The notes under the pieces are model-generated. The model saw nothing but the letters and a program-made list of their open reading frames with translations. It had not been told where the DNA came from and did not search any database. A DNA stretch of 64,000 nucleotides from Nitrosopumilus sp. Lineage in GTDB: Archaea; Thermoproteota; Nitrososphaeria; Nitrososphaerales; Nitrosopumilaceae. The stretch lies in the NCBI GenBank assembly GCA_965205215.1, contig OZ242041.1, positions 1,920,001 to 1,984,000 of the forward strand, read 5' to 3'. Made by a program: the position numbers and the translations under genes. Positions 45,501 through 53,858 of this stretch are shown here, piece by piece (within the stretch, counting starts at the first letter, position 1; each line of letters begins with the position of its first letter).

Positions 45501-47345
45501 CCGCGCGTCGCCCCACTGCGTGATGCTCAGCAGCCGCCCGGCGTTTGCAGGGTCGCCGCCCAGGCGGATCCCCGTAATGTCGCCTGATATCAGGACGTCG
45601 TACAGGCCTGCCGACGCGTACGTGTGGGACCGGTCGCCCGGCCCGCTGTATGTCGTGGTGTTGCCGTCGCCCCAGTCTATGGTGTACGTGCCGGCGGCGG
45701 CGGCGCTCACGGGTATCGTTATGGCCGGGTCGCCCGCGGTGGCTTGCCACACGGTGGCAAAGTCGCCGGGACCGGCTGTGGACGGCAGCGATGGCTCCCA
45801 GTTCAGCGTGACCTGCCTCGCGTTGTCGGTGCCGAACAGCCCGCCGGACGCGGCCCCGATGTTTATGGTATACGCCGCCTTTGCGGGGGTGCCCGGATTC
45901 ATGGTAATGACGTTGCCGTCGGATATGGCAAAGTTTGCGTTGTCCGGGTACGCGTCGGAGTCTGCAAGCGAGTACGAGGGGGCGTGGCCGTCAAGGAAGG
46001 AGTTCTGTGCGGCGATGCCCGCCGAGTAGGAGCCGTCGCGGACGAGCGTGTCGTTGAGCGTCACATACCATGGCCCCAGGTTCTGGCTGAAGGAGGAGGC
46101 GCCCGAGAACATCCCGCCCATGGACCGTACGCTTGAGACGTCCCAGCCGGAGACATCGCCGTTGAAGGCTGTGGCGCCCTCGAACATGTTGCGCGTGTCC
46201 GTCACGCTCGAGGTGTCCCACGTGGAGAGGTCGGCGTTGAAGGCGCGCGCGTTTTTGAACATGCCGCTCGTGTCCGTCACGCTTGAGACGTCCCACGGGG
46301 AGAGGTCGGCGTTGAAGGCGCGCGCGCTGTAGAACATGTAGCTCGTGTCCGTCACGCTGGAGGTGTCCCACGTGGAGACGTCGCCGTTGAAGACTGTGGC
46401 GCTGTAGAACATGTTGCTCGTGTCCGTCACGCTGGAGGTATTCCACGAGGAGAGGTCGGCGTTGAAGGCGAACGCGGCCGTGAACATGCCGTGCATGCTG
46501 GTTACGCTTGAGGTGTCCCACGTGGAGACGTCGCCGTTGAATCGAAATGCGCCCTCGAACATGCGCGACATGTCCGTCACGCTCGAGGTGTCCCACGTGG
46601 AGACGTCGCCGTTGAAGACGAACGCGTTGTTGAACATCCGCGACATGTCCGTCACGCTCGAGGTGTCCCACGGGGAGAGGTCGCCGTTGAAGGCGCTTGC
46701 GCCGTAGAACATGCTGCTCATGTCCGTCACGCTTGACGTGTCCCAGCCGGAGATGTCGCCGTTGAAGGAGTCTGCGCTGTAGAACATGCTGCTCATGTCC
46801 GTCACGCTGGAGGTATTCCACGAGGAGAGGTCGGAGTCGAGGGCGCCTGCGCCGGAGAACATGCTCGACATGTTGGAGACGCCGGACAGGTCCGGGGAGT
46901 CGGCCGCGTTGTGCTCCATGTGGTACGCGTCCTCGAACGCCGACACCATGGACGACCACCGCGCGTCGCCCCACTGCTCGATGCTCAGCAGCTGCCTGGC
47001 GTTTGCAAAGTCGCCGCCCAGGCGGATCTCCGTGATGTTGCCGGATATCCGGACAGTATACTCGCCTGCCGACTCGTACGTGTGGGACCGGTGGCCCGGC
47101 CCGTCGTAGGCGTCCGTGTGGTTGTCGCCCCAGCTTATGGTGTACGTGCCGGCGGCGGCGCTCACCGGCATCGTTATGGTGCGGTCGCTTGCGGTGGCTC
47201 TCCATATGGTGACAAAGTCGCCATCGTCGGCCGCCTCCGCGGGAACGGCCGCCAGCGGTGATGCGAGTAGGCTGCACCCGGCCCCTACGGCAAGGAGCAG
47301 GAGCAGTGCAGGCCCACGGTTTGAGAAGAGAGGGGAAAGCGCCAT
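36594..47345 (-). CDS. Giant adhesin 2 (3583 aa): signal peptide, 5 BspA/DUF285 modules, 7 PKD-like and 4 FN3 domains
   Basis: Signal LLLLLAVGAGCSLLASPLAAVPAEA; FVTIW..WGD domains before the 25-aa repeats; FN3 VTLTWDDPGD..GY..LEPNT; SD AGGTGATCC upstream. Confidence 0.92.
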   Translation of the reverse strand: MALSPLFSNRGPALLLLLAVGAGCSLLASPLAAVPAEAADDGDFVTIWRATASDRTITMPVSAAAGTYTISWGDNHTDAYDGPGHRSHTYESAGEYTVRISGNITEIRLGGDFANARQLLSIEQWGDARWSSMVSAFEDAYHMEHNAADSPDLSGVSNMSSMFSGAGALDSDLSSWNTSSVTDMSSMFYSADSFNGDISGWDTSSVTDMSSMFYGASAFNGDLSPWDTSSVTDMSRMFNNAFVFNGDVSTWDTSSVTDMSRMFEGAFRFNGDVSTWDTSSVTSMHGMFTAAFAFNADLSSWNTSSVTDTSNMFYSATVFNGDVSTWDTSSVTDTSYMFYSARAFNADLSPWDVSSVTDTSGMFKNARAFNADLSTWDTSSVTDTRNMFEGATAFNGDVSGWDVSSVRSMGGMFSGASSFSQNLGPWYVTLNDTLVRDGSYSAGIAAQNSFLDGHAPSYSLADSDAYPDNANFAISDGNVITMNPGTPAKAAYTINIGAASGGLFGTDNARQVTLNWEPSLPSTAGPGDFATVWQATAGDPAITIPVSAAAAGTYTIDWGDGNTTTYSGPGDRSHTYASAGLYDVLISGDITGIRLGGDPANAGRLLSITQWGDARWTSMESAFAGAGSMAHHAVDSPDLSGVSNMSGMFRGAGAFNADLSDWDVSGVTDMSNAFNGAAAFAGAGLSSWDVSSVTDMDGMFHGAAAFDADLSGWDVSNVTDTGFMFSRAAAFAGNGLSSWDVSSVTGTNHMFFHATAFDADLSGWDVSGVTDMSYMFSDAPAFDADLSGWDVSGVAHMGNMFARAAAFDADLSGWDVSSVTEMNHMFAGASSFDADLSGWDVSGVTTMADMFSSAAAFTGAGLSSWNVSSVTDMDYMFAGSRDFNGDISGWDVSNVGSMDSMFLGASSFGQNLGPWYIALNDTVIHNASFAAKAGAQNPVLRGHGPTYSLADGDGCADNGKFSMSGGGILTINSAPTQDTYRICIAASGGSLFGTGNVQQVTLHWEPSLPQTADPGDFVTVWQATAGDRTITMPVIGAAGTYTINWGDGSTDTYDGPGDRSHTYESAGRYVVLASSNITGIRLGGDPANAKQLLSIEQWGDARWSSMKSAFAHTGDVAHNAADSPDLSGVTDMSSMFLHAGISGANLSSWDTSSATDMTDMFQSATSFSGDISGWDTSSVTDMKGMFADTRSFSGDISGWDTSSVADMSYMFYGATSFDGDISGWDVSSVTNMLNMFQGATSFDGDISGWDVSSVTNMEGALAAATSFNANLSPWNVSSVTDMSRMFSGAYAFNGDLSGWDTSSVTNMGRMFHNAFAFNGDVSGWDTSSVTNMGRMFAVATSFDGDVSGWNTSSVTAMSSMFDNAYAFNGDLSSWDVSGVADMSRMFFAATSFNANLSSWDVSGVTNMERMFQGATSFDGDLSGWDVSNVRNMKAMFNEADSFNQDLSDWDTSGVTVMTSMFYGNNAFNGDISGWDASSVTNMENMFQGATSFDGDVSGWDVSGVTAMARMFSGAAAFSQNLGPWYVTLNDTSVRDGSYSAGIKAQNSFLDGHAPSYSLADSDAYPDNANFAISDGNVITMNPGTPAKAAYVINIGAASGGLFGTGNARQVTLNWESSLPQAGGPGDFATVWQATAGDPAITMPVISAAGPYSIDWGDGNTTTYSGPGDRSHTYESAGEYTVLVSGNVTGVRLGDDRANAKQLLSIEQWGDARWTSMESAFAGASSMAYRAVDSPDLSGVSSMSGMFRGAGAFNADLSGWDVSSVTDMSNAFNGAAAFTGAGLSSWDTSSVTDMDGMFHGAAAFDADLSGWDVSNVTDMGFMFSRAAAFTGAGLSSWDVSSVTGTNHMFFHASAFDADLSGWNVSSVTDMSYMFSDAHDFDADLSGWDVSSVVSMGNMFARTAAFDADLSGWDVSSVTEMNHMFTGASSFDANLSSWDVSGVTTMADMFSSAAAFNGDISSWDVSSVTDMGYMFAGSRDFNGDISGWDVSNVRSMDSMFLGASSFGQNLGPWYIALNDTVIYNASFAAKAGAQNPVLRGHGPTYSLADGDGCADNGKFDISSGGVLTIKSAPAEQDAYRICIAASGGSLFGTGNVQQVTLHWGPSLPQTYDPGDFVTKWRATAGDPTITIPVSAAAGTYTISWGDSNTDAYDGPGHRSHTYESAGEYTVRISGNITEIRLGGDRANAKQMLSIEQWGDARWTSMVSAFEHAGNVAHNAADSPDLSGVSDMSRMFNSADITGANLSSWDTSGVTDMSYMFEDADSFNGDISGWDTSSVTDMSRMFYDAAAFNGDISSWDTSSVTDMSRMFNNAAAFNGDVSTWDTSSVTDMSRMFEGAFVFGGDVSGWDTSSVTSMKGMFAAAFPFNSDLSSWDVSGVTDMSNMFYGASAFDADLSSWNVSSVTDMSGMFFGARAFNGDISGWNVSGATSMRSMFTGASSFSQNLGPWYVTLNDTSVRGASYSASIAAQNSFLDGHAPSYSLAGGDGCADNDRFSISGSGVLTIKSAPAQDTYHICIGASGNGLFGTDNARQLTLSAAALGENRPPVAAAGPDQSVPEGSVVSLNASASSDPDGDIISYNWTISPDAALQNAGTAAPSFTAPEVSSDTDYTLTLTVSDGDASGTDTVVVTVRNVNQQPTADAGSDQTVSEGAAVTLDGSSSSDPDGTPLSYIWTAPAGITLQGADTAAPSFTAPDVSSDTDYVITLNVSDGSLSHTDTVTITVREVNRAPVADAGADRAASERDLVTLDGSGSADPDSDTLTYSWSSVPSLAFSDAATASPTFTAPDVSSDTDYVITLTVSDGSLSHTDTVTITVREVNRAPVADAGADQSVDERATVTLDGSGSSDPDDDALTYYWTAPAGITLSDATVQSPTFTAPDVSSDADYTITLNVSDGSLSHTDTVTITVREVNRAPVADAGADRAASERDLVTLDGSGSADPDSDTLTYSWSSVPSLAFSDAATASPTFTAPDVSSDTDYVITLTVSDGSLSHTDTVTITVREANRAPVADAGADRAASERDLVTLDGSDSSDPDDDALTYSWTSVPSLAFSDAATASPTFTAPDVSSDTDYVITLTVSDGSLSHTDTVTITVREANRAPTADAGSDQSVDERATVTLDGSGSSDPDDDTLTYSWTISPDAALQNAGTAAPSFTAPEVSSDTDYTLTLTVSDGSASGTDTVVITVRNVTPLPTPPPAVPANLTAAAVTTDSVTLTWDDPGDDAITGYKILSRILSPETTLGVLVADTGSAENTHTVSGLEPNTAYAFRIIALSDRGESDTSYFVNARTERVPPPAAPTNLTATAVTADSVTLAWDDPGDDAITGYKILSRIPSPETDLSVLVADTGSAKNTYTVSGLEPNTKYAFRIIALSDHGESKISYFASIRTERVPPPAVPTNLTAAAVTADSVTLTWDDPGDDAITGYKILSRIPSPETDLSVLVADTGSAKNTYTVSGLEPNTKYAFRIIALSDHGESKISYFASIRTERVPPPAVPTNLTAAAVTADSVTLTWDDPGDDAITGYKILSRMTSSETTLSVQVADTGSPDSSYIVTGLEPGTNYAFRVIALNDHGESKPSYFVNITTPSDSR

Positions 47346-47351
47346 TGTGGA

Positions 47352-50300
47352 TCACCTGCAGATTCTCGGGGCGCCCGGCGCGGGTGCGGGGGTGGGCGCG
47401 GGCCCGGCGGGCGGCGGGGATGGCGGCGGTGGCGGCGGCTGCATCACGGCGGGCATGGGCGGCGGCAGGGACACCACGGGGGGCGTGTTGCCGGGCGGCG
47501 GGGTGGAAGCGGCGGCGGCGCCCGACGTTACGAGCGCCGCGTTGCCGCCGGCCCCGACGAACGAGGCCCCCACGGGGGCGCCGGGCGCGGTCTGGACTGG
47601 TATTGAGGAGGACGGGGCTCTGGGCGCCGAGAAGAGGTCGAATGGGGAGGGGAGGGCGTACGAGAGTATGGCGCCGTCGGTAACGGACGCGGCGGTTACG
47701 AGCAGGGTGGCGCCGTCGCCGGATATGGCCACGTCGGATATGACCCCCCAGGGCTTGTCGACGTGGAGGGCGGCCGCGGAGTTGCGGGAGGAGGGGGACG
47801 GGTCAAACGGGGTCGAGAGCACATACGAGAGTATGAACCCGCCGCCTGCCGGGTCGGAGAGGGCGACGTACATTATGGTGCCGTTTGCGGAGAACGCCGC
47901 GCCCGCCGGGGTGGAGAACGCGGACGAGGGGAGCCGGACGGGGGTGGAGGAGGGGAGCATGGAGGCCGTGGAGAGGTCGAAGGGGGTGGAGAGCGCGTAC
48001 TCCAGGATGTAGGCGGTGGTGGTATGGGATGAGGCGGGGACGGGCGGGGGGATGGCGGCGGCGCCTGACGCGAACGCGGGGGCGGCGGGCCGGGAGCCGG
48101 GGGACTGGAGGAGGACCGGGACGGGCGGGGGCGCGGCGGACGCGGACGCGGTGGCGCCGGACACGGTCGTTACGAGCAGTTTCGTGCCGTCCGGCGACAC
48201 CGTGACGCTGGTGGGTACGCCGTACGCGGGGGGGATCCCGACCGTGTCGTTGCGCGGCACGGCCGAGGATGGGTCGTGCGGTATGGGCAGGTCGTAGGCC
48301 AGTATGGTGCCGTTTGATGCCGATGCGACGAACATGACGGAGCCGTGGGCCGACACCGCGATATCCGCGATGGAGGCGCCCGGAAGGGTCACTATGGTGA
48401 CGTTTTCCGGGGACAGGCCGGCGGCGGATGTAGCCGACGCGTTGAGGGGGGCGCCGTTTCTTATCTCTATGGAGAACGCGGCCGACGCCGCGGTCGGGTT
48501 GCCTGCCGCGTCAAGGGCGGCGCCCGCCGGTATCGTTATGGACAGGGTGCCGTCGGCGGGCCTTAGGATGTCAAACGTAAAGACCGTATGGGCGGGCCCC
48601 GCCGCCAGGTTCGCGAGCGTGCCGCTTGATACGTAGACGTCCGACGCGTCAAAGGTTCCGGGCTGGAGGGGCTCGCCGAAGAACGCCATGAACTGGACGG
48701 CGGCCGTGTAGTTGCCCGCGTACGATATGGACGGCACGGGGGCGGTGCGGTCCACTATTATGGTGAGGCTGGCCGGCTGCGTGCTTGCCGTGCCGCCAGA
48801 ACCGGACACGGCGCCCGCCGGTATGGTTACGGTCAGGGCGCCCTCGGCCGGGCTTATGACGTCAAACGTGAACGTGGTGAGGTTGGCCGACGCGGCAAGG
48901 TTTGAGACCGTGCCGCTTGAGGATATGATGTCTGATGTGGTGAGCGAGCCGGGCTGCAGGGGGGCGCCAAACGTGGCCGTCAGGGATATGGTCTGGAGGT
49001 TGGTGCGCGGGGTGGCTCCGGGCGCGGCGGTGGCGCCGCCCGCAAGCGAGATGCCGACGGGCTCGGGCGCGGCCGCCGGCAGGACGGTTACGAGCACGGT
49101 GTCCGTATCCGACGCGCCGCGGTTGTCCCGCACGGTGAGCGTGGCCGTGTAGCCGGTGGAGGACGTGACGTTGGGGGCCGCAAAGGTGGGGGTGGCGGTG
49201 TTCGCGTTGTCAAGCGCCACGAACGGCGAGATCGTCCACGAGTGCGACGCGATGCGGCCGCCCGGGTCGCGGGACGCGGAGCCGTCAAGTGTCACGGTGT
49301 CGCCCCCATATACGGTCTGGTCAGACCCGGCGTCTGCCACGGGCGGCGTGTTCGGCGGCGGGGGCGGGGGCCGGTTCCTGACCGTTACCACGACCTCGTC
49401 GGTGACGGAGCCTTCGCTGTCCGATACCGCAAGGGTGAACGTGTACGCGGTGTTGGAGGACACCCGGGGCGCGGTAAAGGAGGGGGAAACAGTATTCGGG
49501 TTCTGGAGGGTTATGCCCGAGGGGGCAGTCCAGCTGTACGTTATGGCCTCGCCGGTCGGGTCGGAGGACGCCGAGCCGTCCAGCGTGACCGTGGAACCCT
49601 CGGTTACGGTCCGGTCTGCCCCGGCGTCGGCCACGGGGGGCCAGCTGGCAGTCAGGGTGAACGACCGCTCGTTGTTCGTGCCATAGATGCCGGAGCCGCT
49701 CGCCCGGATCGTAATGTCGTACCGGTCCTTTGCCGTGGCGCCGTCTGTGAGTACAATGGACGAGCCTGACCACGTAAAGTGCTGGCCGTCGGGGCCCGCG
49801 ATCGCGTGGGACGTGGCCTGGTTTGACAGGAACGTGTTTTGCGCCCCGACCTGTCCCCCGTACGCGGTGGGGTCCCTGCCCATGTCCGTGCTGCTGAGTG
49901 TGACATACCAGGGCCCCAGGTTCTGGCTGAAGGCGGTGGCAAACGAGAACATGTTGGCCATGCCGGTTGCCGAAGAGACGTCCCACCCGGATATGTCCTG
50001 GTTGAAGACTATGGCGCCCCGGAACATGTTGTCCATGCTCCTCGCGCTTGAGACGTCCCAGTTGGATATGTCGCCGTTGAAGGCGCGGGCGTCCCGGAAC
50101 ATGCCGGCCATGTCGGTTACGCCTGAGACGTCCCATCTTGATATGTCGCCGCTGAAGGCGCTGGTGTCAGCGAACATGCGGTTCATGCTGGTTGCCGAAG
50201 AGGTGACCCACCCGGATATGTCGGAGTTGAAGGCGCGGGCGGCATGGAACATGCTGCGCATGTCGGTTACGCCCGAGACGTCCCAGCTTGATATGTCGCC

Positions 50301-53300
50301 GTTGAAGGCGCGGGCGTCCCGGAACATGCCGGCCATGTTGGTTACGCTCGACGTGGTCCAGCCCGATATGTCGCCGTTGAAGGCGCGGGCGTCCCGGAAC
50401 ATCTCCCCCATGTTGTTCACGCGCGAGAGGTCCGGGGTGTCCGTCGCGTTGTATACCATGTTGCGCGCGCCCTTGAACGCGGCATTCATGGTGGTCCACG
50501 ACATGTTGCCCCACTGGTCGATGCTGAGCAGCTGGTCCGCGTGCGGGCTGGCAAAGGTGTTGCCCAGATGGAACCTCTCAAGGTTGCCCGCAATCCGGAT
50601 GGTATAGTTGCCCGCATTATCGTACGTGTGCCGTATTGCGCCCGCCGCGCCGCCGCTGACGGTGCTGTTGGTGGTGCCGTCGCCCCATGATATGTGCACG
50701 TTGGTGCCGGTTTCTATGGGGATCCGCAGGTCCTTGTCGCTTGCGGGGATGCTCCACGTGGTGACAAAGTTGTCGTCAGAGACCGGAAAGGCGTCCGAAT
50801 TGAATATGGTGAACTGCCGCTCGTGGGTGCCGGTGCCGATCGTGGCGCCGTCCGCCCTGATGGTTACGGAGTACGCGGGCTTGACGGGGGCGCTCCCCTT
50901 TATGGTCAGCGTGTCGTTCGTTACGGTAAAGTGGGCGTTGTCCCCCACGCCTGTCGGAAGCGAGTATTTGGGGTTCCCCGTGAGGTGGCCCTGCATGATA
51001 GAGTTCTGGGCCTCCACGGAGGCAGAGTACGAGCCGCCCGATTTGGTCGTACTGTCGAGTGTGACATACCAGGGCCCCAGGTTCCGGTTGAAGGCGGTGG
51101 CGCCCGCGAATATGCCGCCCATGTCGGTCACGCCCGAGATGTCCCACTCGGATATGTCCTGGTTGAAGGCGGTGGCGCCCCGGAACATGTTCCCCATGTT
51201 GGTCACGTTTGACACGTCCCACCCGGATATGTCCCGGTTGAAGGCGGTGGCGCCCTGGAACATGTTTACCATTAGCTCTACGCCGGAGGTGTCCCATGTG
51301 GATATGTCGCCGTTGAAGGCGCCGGTGCCAAGGAACATGGAGCTCATGAGGTCTACGCTCGAGGTGTCCCAGTCCGAGAGATCCTGGTTGAAGGAGTCGG
51401 CCTCGTTGAACATGCCGACCATGTTGGTCACGCTGGAGGTGTTCCAGCCGGATATGTCCTGGTTGAAGGAGGAGGCGTTCTGGAACATGCGCTTCATGTC
51501 GGTCACGCCCGACACGTCCCAGTTTGATATGTCGCCGTTGAAGGAGATGGCGTCCCGGAACATGTGGCCCATATTGGTCACGCCCGAGAGGTCGGGGGCG
51601 TCCGCCGCGTTGTATACCATGTTGCTTGCTCCACGGAACATGTTCGTCATCTCCGTCCACCGCGTGTCGCCCCACTGGTCCAGGCTGACCACATGGCGGG
51701 CGTTTGAGGGGTCGGAGGCCAAGTGCACCGACAGCCGGAGGACGTCGCCGGAGATCATCACCCGGTAGTCGCCCGCGCTCGCGTACGTGTTGAATGCCCG
51801 GCCCACAGTACCAGAAGATATATTGTCGGAGTTGCCGTCGCCCCAGTCTATGGTGAGCGTGCCGGTTCCTTTTTCATAGTTGAGATCTACCCGCTTGTCG
51901 CCGTCGGTGGCGCGCCACGTGGTGACAAAGGCGTCGGCGGGGAGCCCCCCGAGGTTGTGCGGGTTGGCTATGGTGAACTGCCGCTCGTGCACGCCCGAGC
52001 CGATCGTGCTGCCGTTGGCCCTGACGGTTATGTCGTACGAGGGCTTTGGGATGGCGTGCTCCCTCAGGGACAGCGTGGTGCCGGATATGACAAAGTTGGA
52101 GTTGTCCCCCGCGCCTGCTGGAAGCAGGTATTTTGATCCCATAAGGTGGGGGTCCAAAAGCGAGTTCTGGGTGGACAGGGTGCCCACGACGCGGTCTGCG
52201 CCGACCTCCGTGCCGTTGAGTGTGACATACCAGGGCCCCAGGTTCTGGGAGAAGGAGGTGGCGCCCGCAAATATCTTGTTCATCGAGGTTACGCCGGAGA
52301 TGTCCCACTCCGACACGTCCTGGTCAAAGGAGGTGGCGCCCTCGAACATGGAGTCCATCTTGGTTACGCTTGAGACGTCCCACCCGGACACGTCCCGGTT
52401 GAAGGAGGTGGCGTTGTAGAACATGTTCCTCATGTCGGTTACGCTTGAGACGTCCCACGTGGACACGTCGCCGTTGAAGGAGTCGGCGTCGTAGAACATG
52501 CTGAGCATGGTGGTCACGCGCGCCACGTTCCAGCTTGAGAGGTCCCGGTTGAAGGCGTTGGCCTCGTTGAACATGCCGGCCATCTTGGTTACGCTGCCGA
52601 CGTTCCACCCCGATACGTTGCCGTTGAAGACGTGGGCGTCCTGGAACATGCGCGTCATGGTGGTCACCCTTGAGACGTCCCATGAGGAGAGGTCGCAGTT
52701 GAAGGAGCGGGCGTCGCGGAACATGTGGCTCATGTCGCGCACGTTCTGGAGGCGGGGGGTGTCGTTCGCGTTGCATACCATGTTGTGCGTGTTGCGGAAC
52801 ATGCCGCTCATGTCGCTGAGCCACTGCGAGGTGCCCCACTGCTGCAGGCTGGATACCTGCCGGGCGTTCCCGGCATCGGTGCCCAGGTTTAGGCGCGGAA
52901 GGTTGGTGAGTCGGACGTCGTACGTCTGCGGCGGAAGGTTGTACGTCTTGGACTGGTCGCCGCTAGTTGTGGTTAATCCCGTGCCGTCGCCCCACTGTAA
53001 GGCGTACGAGCCCGTATAGCCGCCCACCGTGATCTTTATCGTGCGGTCGCCGTTGGTGGGGGCGCTCCACCTGAGGATGAGGTCGTTTGCCCCGGCCGCC
53101 TCGGCGGTCTCGGCCGCCGGCACCAAAAGTACGGCGCCTGCCGCCCCCACCCCGATGATCAGGACGGCGGCGAGCACGGACATCATGCGCGCCGCACCGG
53201 GGGCGCGACCGGAGGATGGGGAGGGGGCCGCGGGCCTACCTGGCGCATCATGCCCGCCTACCCTGCCGCTGCCGCGCGCGATCAGGCGCGCGCATAGGCA

Positions 53301-53309
53301 AAACATCAA
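47352..53309 (-). CDS. Giant adhesin 3 (up to 1985 aa): signal peptide, 3 BspA/DUF285 modules, 2 PKD-like, 2 Ig-like, propeller-like YxLSTPFD repeats, Pro-rich tail; start may be ATG 53186
   Basis: MMSVLAAVLIIGVGAAGAVLLVPAAETAEA signal; repeat motifs visible in the translation. Confidence 0.9.
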   Translation of the reverse strand: MMFCLCARLIARGSGRVGGHDAPGRPAAPSPSSGRAPGAARMMSVLAAVLIIGVGAAGAVLLVPAAETAEAAGANDLILRWSAPTNGDRTIKITVGGYTGSYALQWGDGTGLTTTSGDQSKTYNLPPQTYDVRLTNLPRLNLGTDAGNARQVSSLQQWGTSQWLSDMSGMFRNTHNMVCNANDTPRLQNVRDMSHMFRDARSFNCDLSSWDVSRVTTMTRMFQDAHVFNGNVSGWNVGSVTKMAGMFNEANAFNRDLSSWNVARVTTMLSMFYDADSFNGDVSTWDVSSVTDMRNMFYNATSFNRDVSGWDVSSVTKMDSMFEGATSFDQDVSEWDISGVTSMNKIFAGATSFSQNLGPWYVTLNGTEVGADRVVGTLSTQNSLLDPHLMGSKYLLPAGAGDNSNFVISGTTLSLREHAIPKPSYDITVRANGSTIGSGVHERQFTIANPHNLGGLPADAFVTTWRATDGDKRVDLNYEKGTGTLTIDWGDGNSDNISSGTVGRAFNTYASAGDYRVMISGDVLRLSVHLASDPSNARHVVSLDQWGDTRWTEMTNMFRGASNMVYNAADAPDLSGVTNMGHMFRDAISFNGDISNWDVSGVTDMKRMFQNASSFNQDISGWNTSSVTNMVGMFNEADSFNQDLSDWDTSSVDLMSSMFLGTGAFNGDISTWDTSGVELMVNMFQGATAFNRDISGWDVSNVTNMGNMFRGATAFNQDISEWDISGVTDMGGIFAGATAFNRNLGPWYVTLDSTTKSGGSYSASVEAQNSIMQGHLTGNPKYSLPTGVGDNAHFTVTNDTLTIKGSAPVKPAYSVTIRADGATIGTGTHERQFTIFNSDAFPVSDDNFVTTWSIPASDKDLRIPIETGTNVHISWGDGTTNSTVSGGAAGAIRHTYDNAGNYTIRIAGNLERFHLGNTFASPHADQLLSIDQWGNMSWTTMNAAFKGARNMVYNATDTPDLSRVNNMGEMFRDARAFNGDISGWTTSSVTNMAGMFRDARAFNGDISSWDVSGVTDMRSMFHAARAFNSDISGWVTSSATSMNRMFADTSAFSGDISRWDVSGVTDMAGMFRDARAFNGDISNWDVSSARSMDNMFRGAIVFNQDISGWDVSSATGMANMFSFATAFSQNLGPWYVTLSSTDMGRDPTAYGGQVGAQNTFLSNQATSHAIAGPDGQHFTWSGSSIVLTDGATAKDRYDITIRASGSGIYGTNNERSFTLTASWPPVADAGADRTVTEGSTVTLDGSASSDPTGEAITYSWTAPSGITLQNPNTVSPSFTAPRVSSNTAYTFTLAVSDSEGSVTDEVVVTVRNRPPPPPPNTPPVADAGSDQTVYGGDTVTLDGSASRDPGGRIASHSWTISPFVALDNANTATPTFAAPNVTSSTGYTATLTVRDNRGASDTDTVLVTVLPAAAPEPVGISLAGGATAAPGATPRTNLQTISLTATFGAPLQPGSLTTSDIISSSGTVSNLAASANLTTFTFDVISPAEGALTVTIPAGAVSGSGGTASTQPASLTIIVDRTAPVPSISYAGNYTAAVQFMAFFGEPLQPGTFDASDVYVSSGTLANLAAGPAHTVFTFDILRPADGTLSITIPAGAALDAAGNPTAASAAFSIEIRNGAPLNASATSAAGLSPENVTIVTLPGASIADIAVSAHGSVMFVASASNGTILAYDLPIPHDPSSAVPRNDTVGIPPAYGVPTSVTVSPDGTKLLVTTVSGATASASAAPPPVPVLLQSPGSRPAAPAFASGAAAIPPPVPASSHTTTAYILEYALSTPFDLSTASMLPSSTPVRLPSSAFSTPAGAAFSANGTIMYVALSDPAGGGFILSYVLSTPFDPSPSSRNSAAALHVDKPWGVISDVAISGDGATLLVTAASVTDGAILSYALPSPFDLFSAPRAPSSSIPVQTAPGAPVGASFVGAGGNAALVTSGAAAASTPPPGNTPPVVSLPPPMPAVMQPPPPPPSPPPAGPAPTPAPAPGAPRICR

Positions 53310-53310
53310 A

Positions 53311-53476
53311 TTACAATGCCCATTGTAAGGCGGAATCTGGGGTTACATGCGGGTTTGACGTGGGCACCATAGGCGAAATCCCGCCTTATGGCGCGCAAAA
53401 GGCGGGCAGACCGCCTCGTAATACTTATATGTTTACTGCAAGAGTTCATAATCGTGCTTTACAATGGGCATTGTAA
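53311..53476. promoter_or_regulatory. Pair of inverted 21-bp sites flanking a TATA-containing segment (candidate invertible promoter or twin operators)
   Basis: TTACAATGCCCATTGTAAGGC (53311-53331) versus the reverse complement of 53456-53476, TTACAATGCCCATTGTAAAGC (20/21); CTTATATG at 53424-53431. Confidence 0.7.
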
Positions 53477-53858
53477 AGCCACAATAGGGCTATGAACGCA
53501 GACAGGCCGCGCGAATCCCCGTCCGGACGCAAAAACGTGCCAGGCAGGCCATTCGCGCCTGCACGGGAGGGCGCCGGGCGGGGCGGGCACGAAAGCGCCG
53601 CGAACTTTTGGACATCACGATATAAGCGGTTGTGACGTATATGGAATCATGAAAAAGGGCTGGGTGGCGGCCCCGGCGGCTGCCGAATCCGGGGGCGGGC
53701 GGATGCGCCGCGAAGGGGGGCGTTCCAAATCCATGCGGCGCGCCGCGGGGGAACCCCGCGGCCCCTGCCCCGCAACATGCCACGGCGACGGTGACGGCGC
53801 GCGCGGGAGGTGACAGGCGCTGGAGGCCGGCAACGCACGCGCGGGGCCCTACTATGAA

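Noticed and set aside
14857-53309. Diversity-generating retroelement acting on the adhesins
   Set aside because: No reverse transcriptase in the window, no non-coding template repeat, and differences are not adenine-specific.
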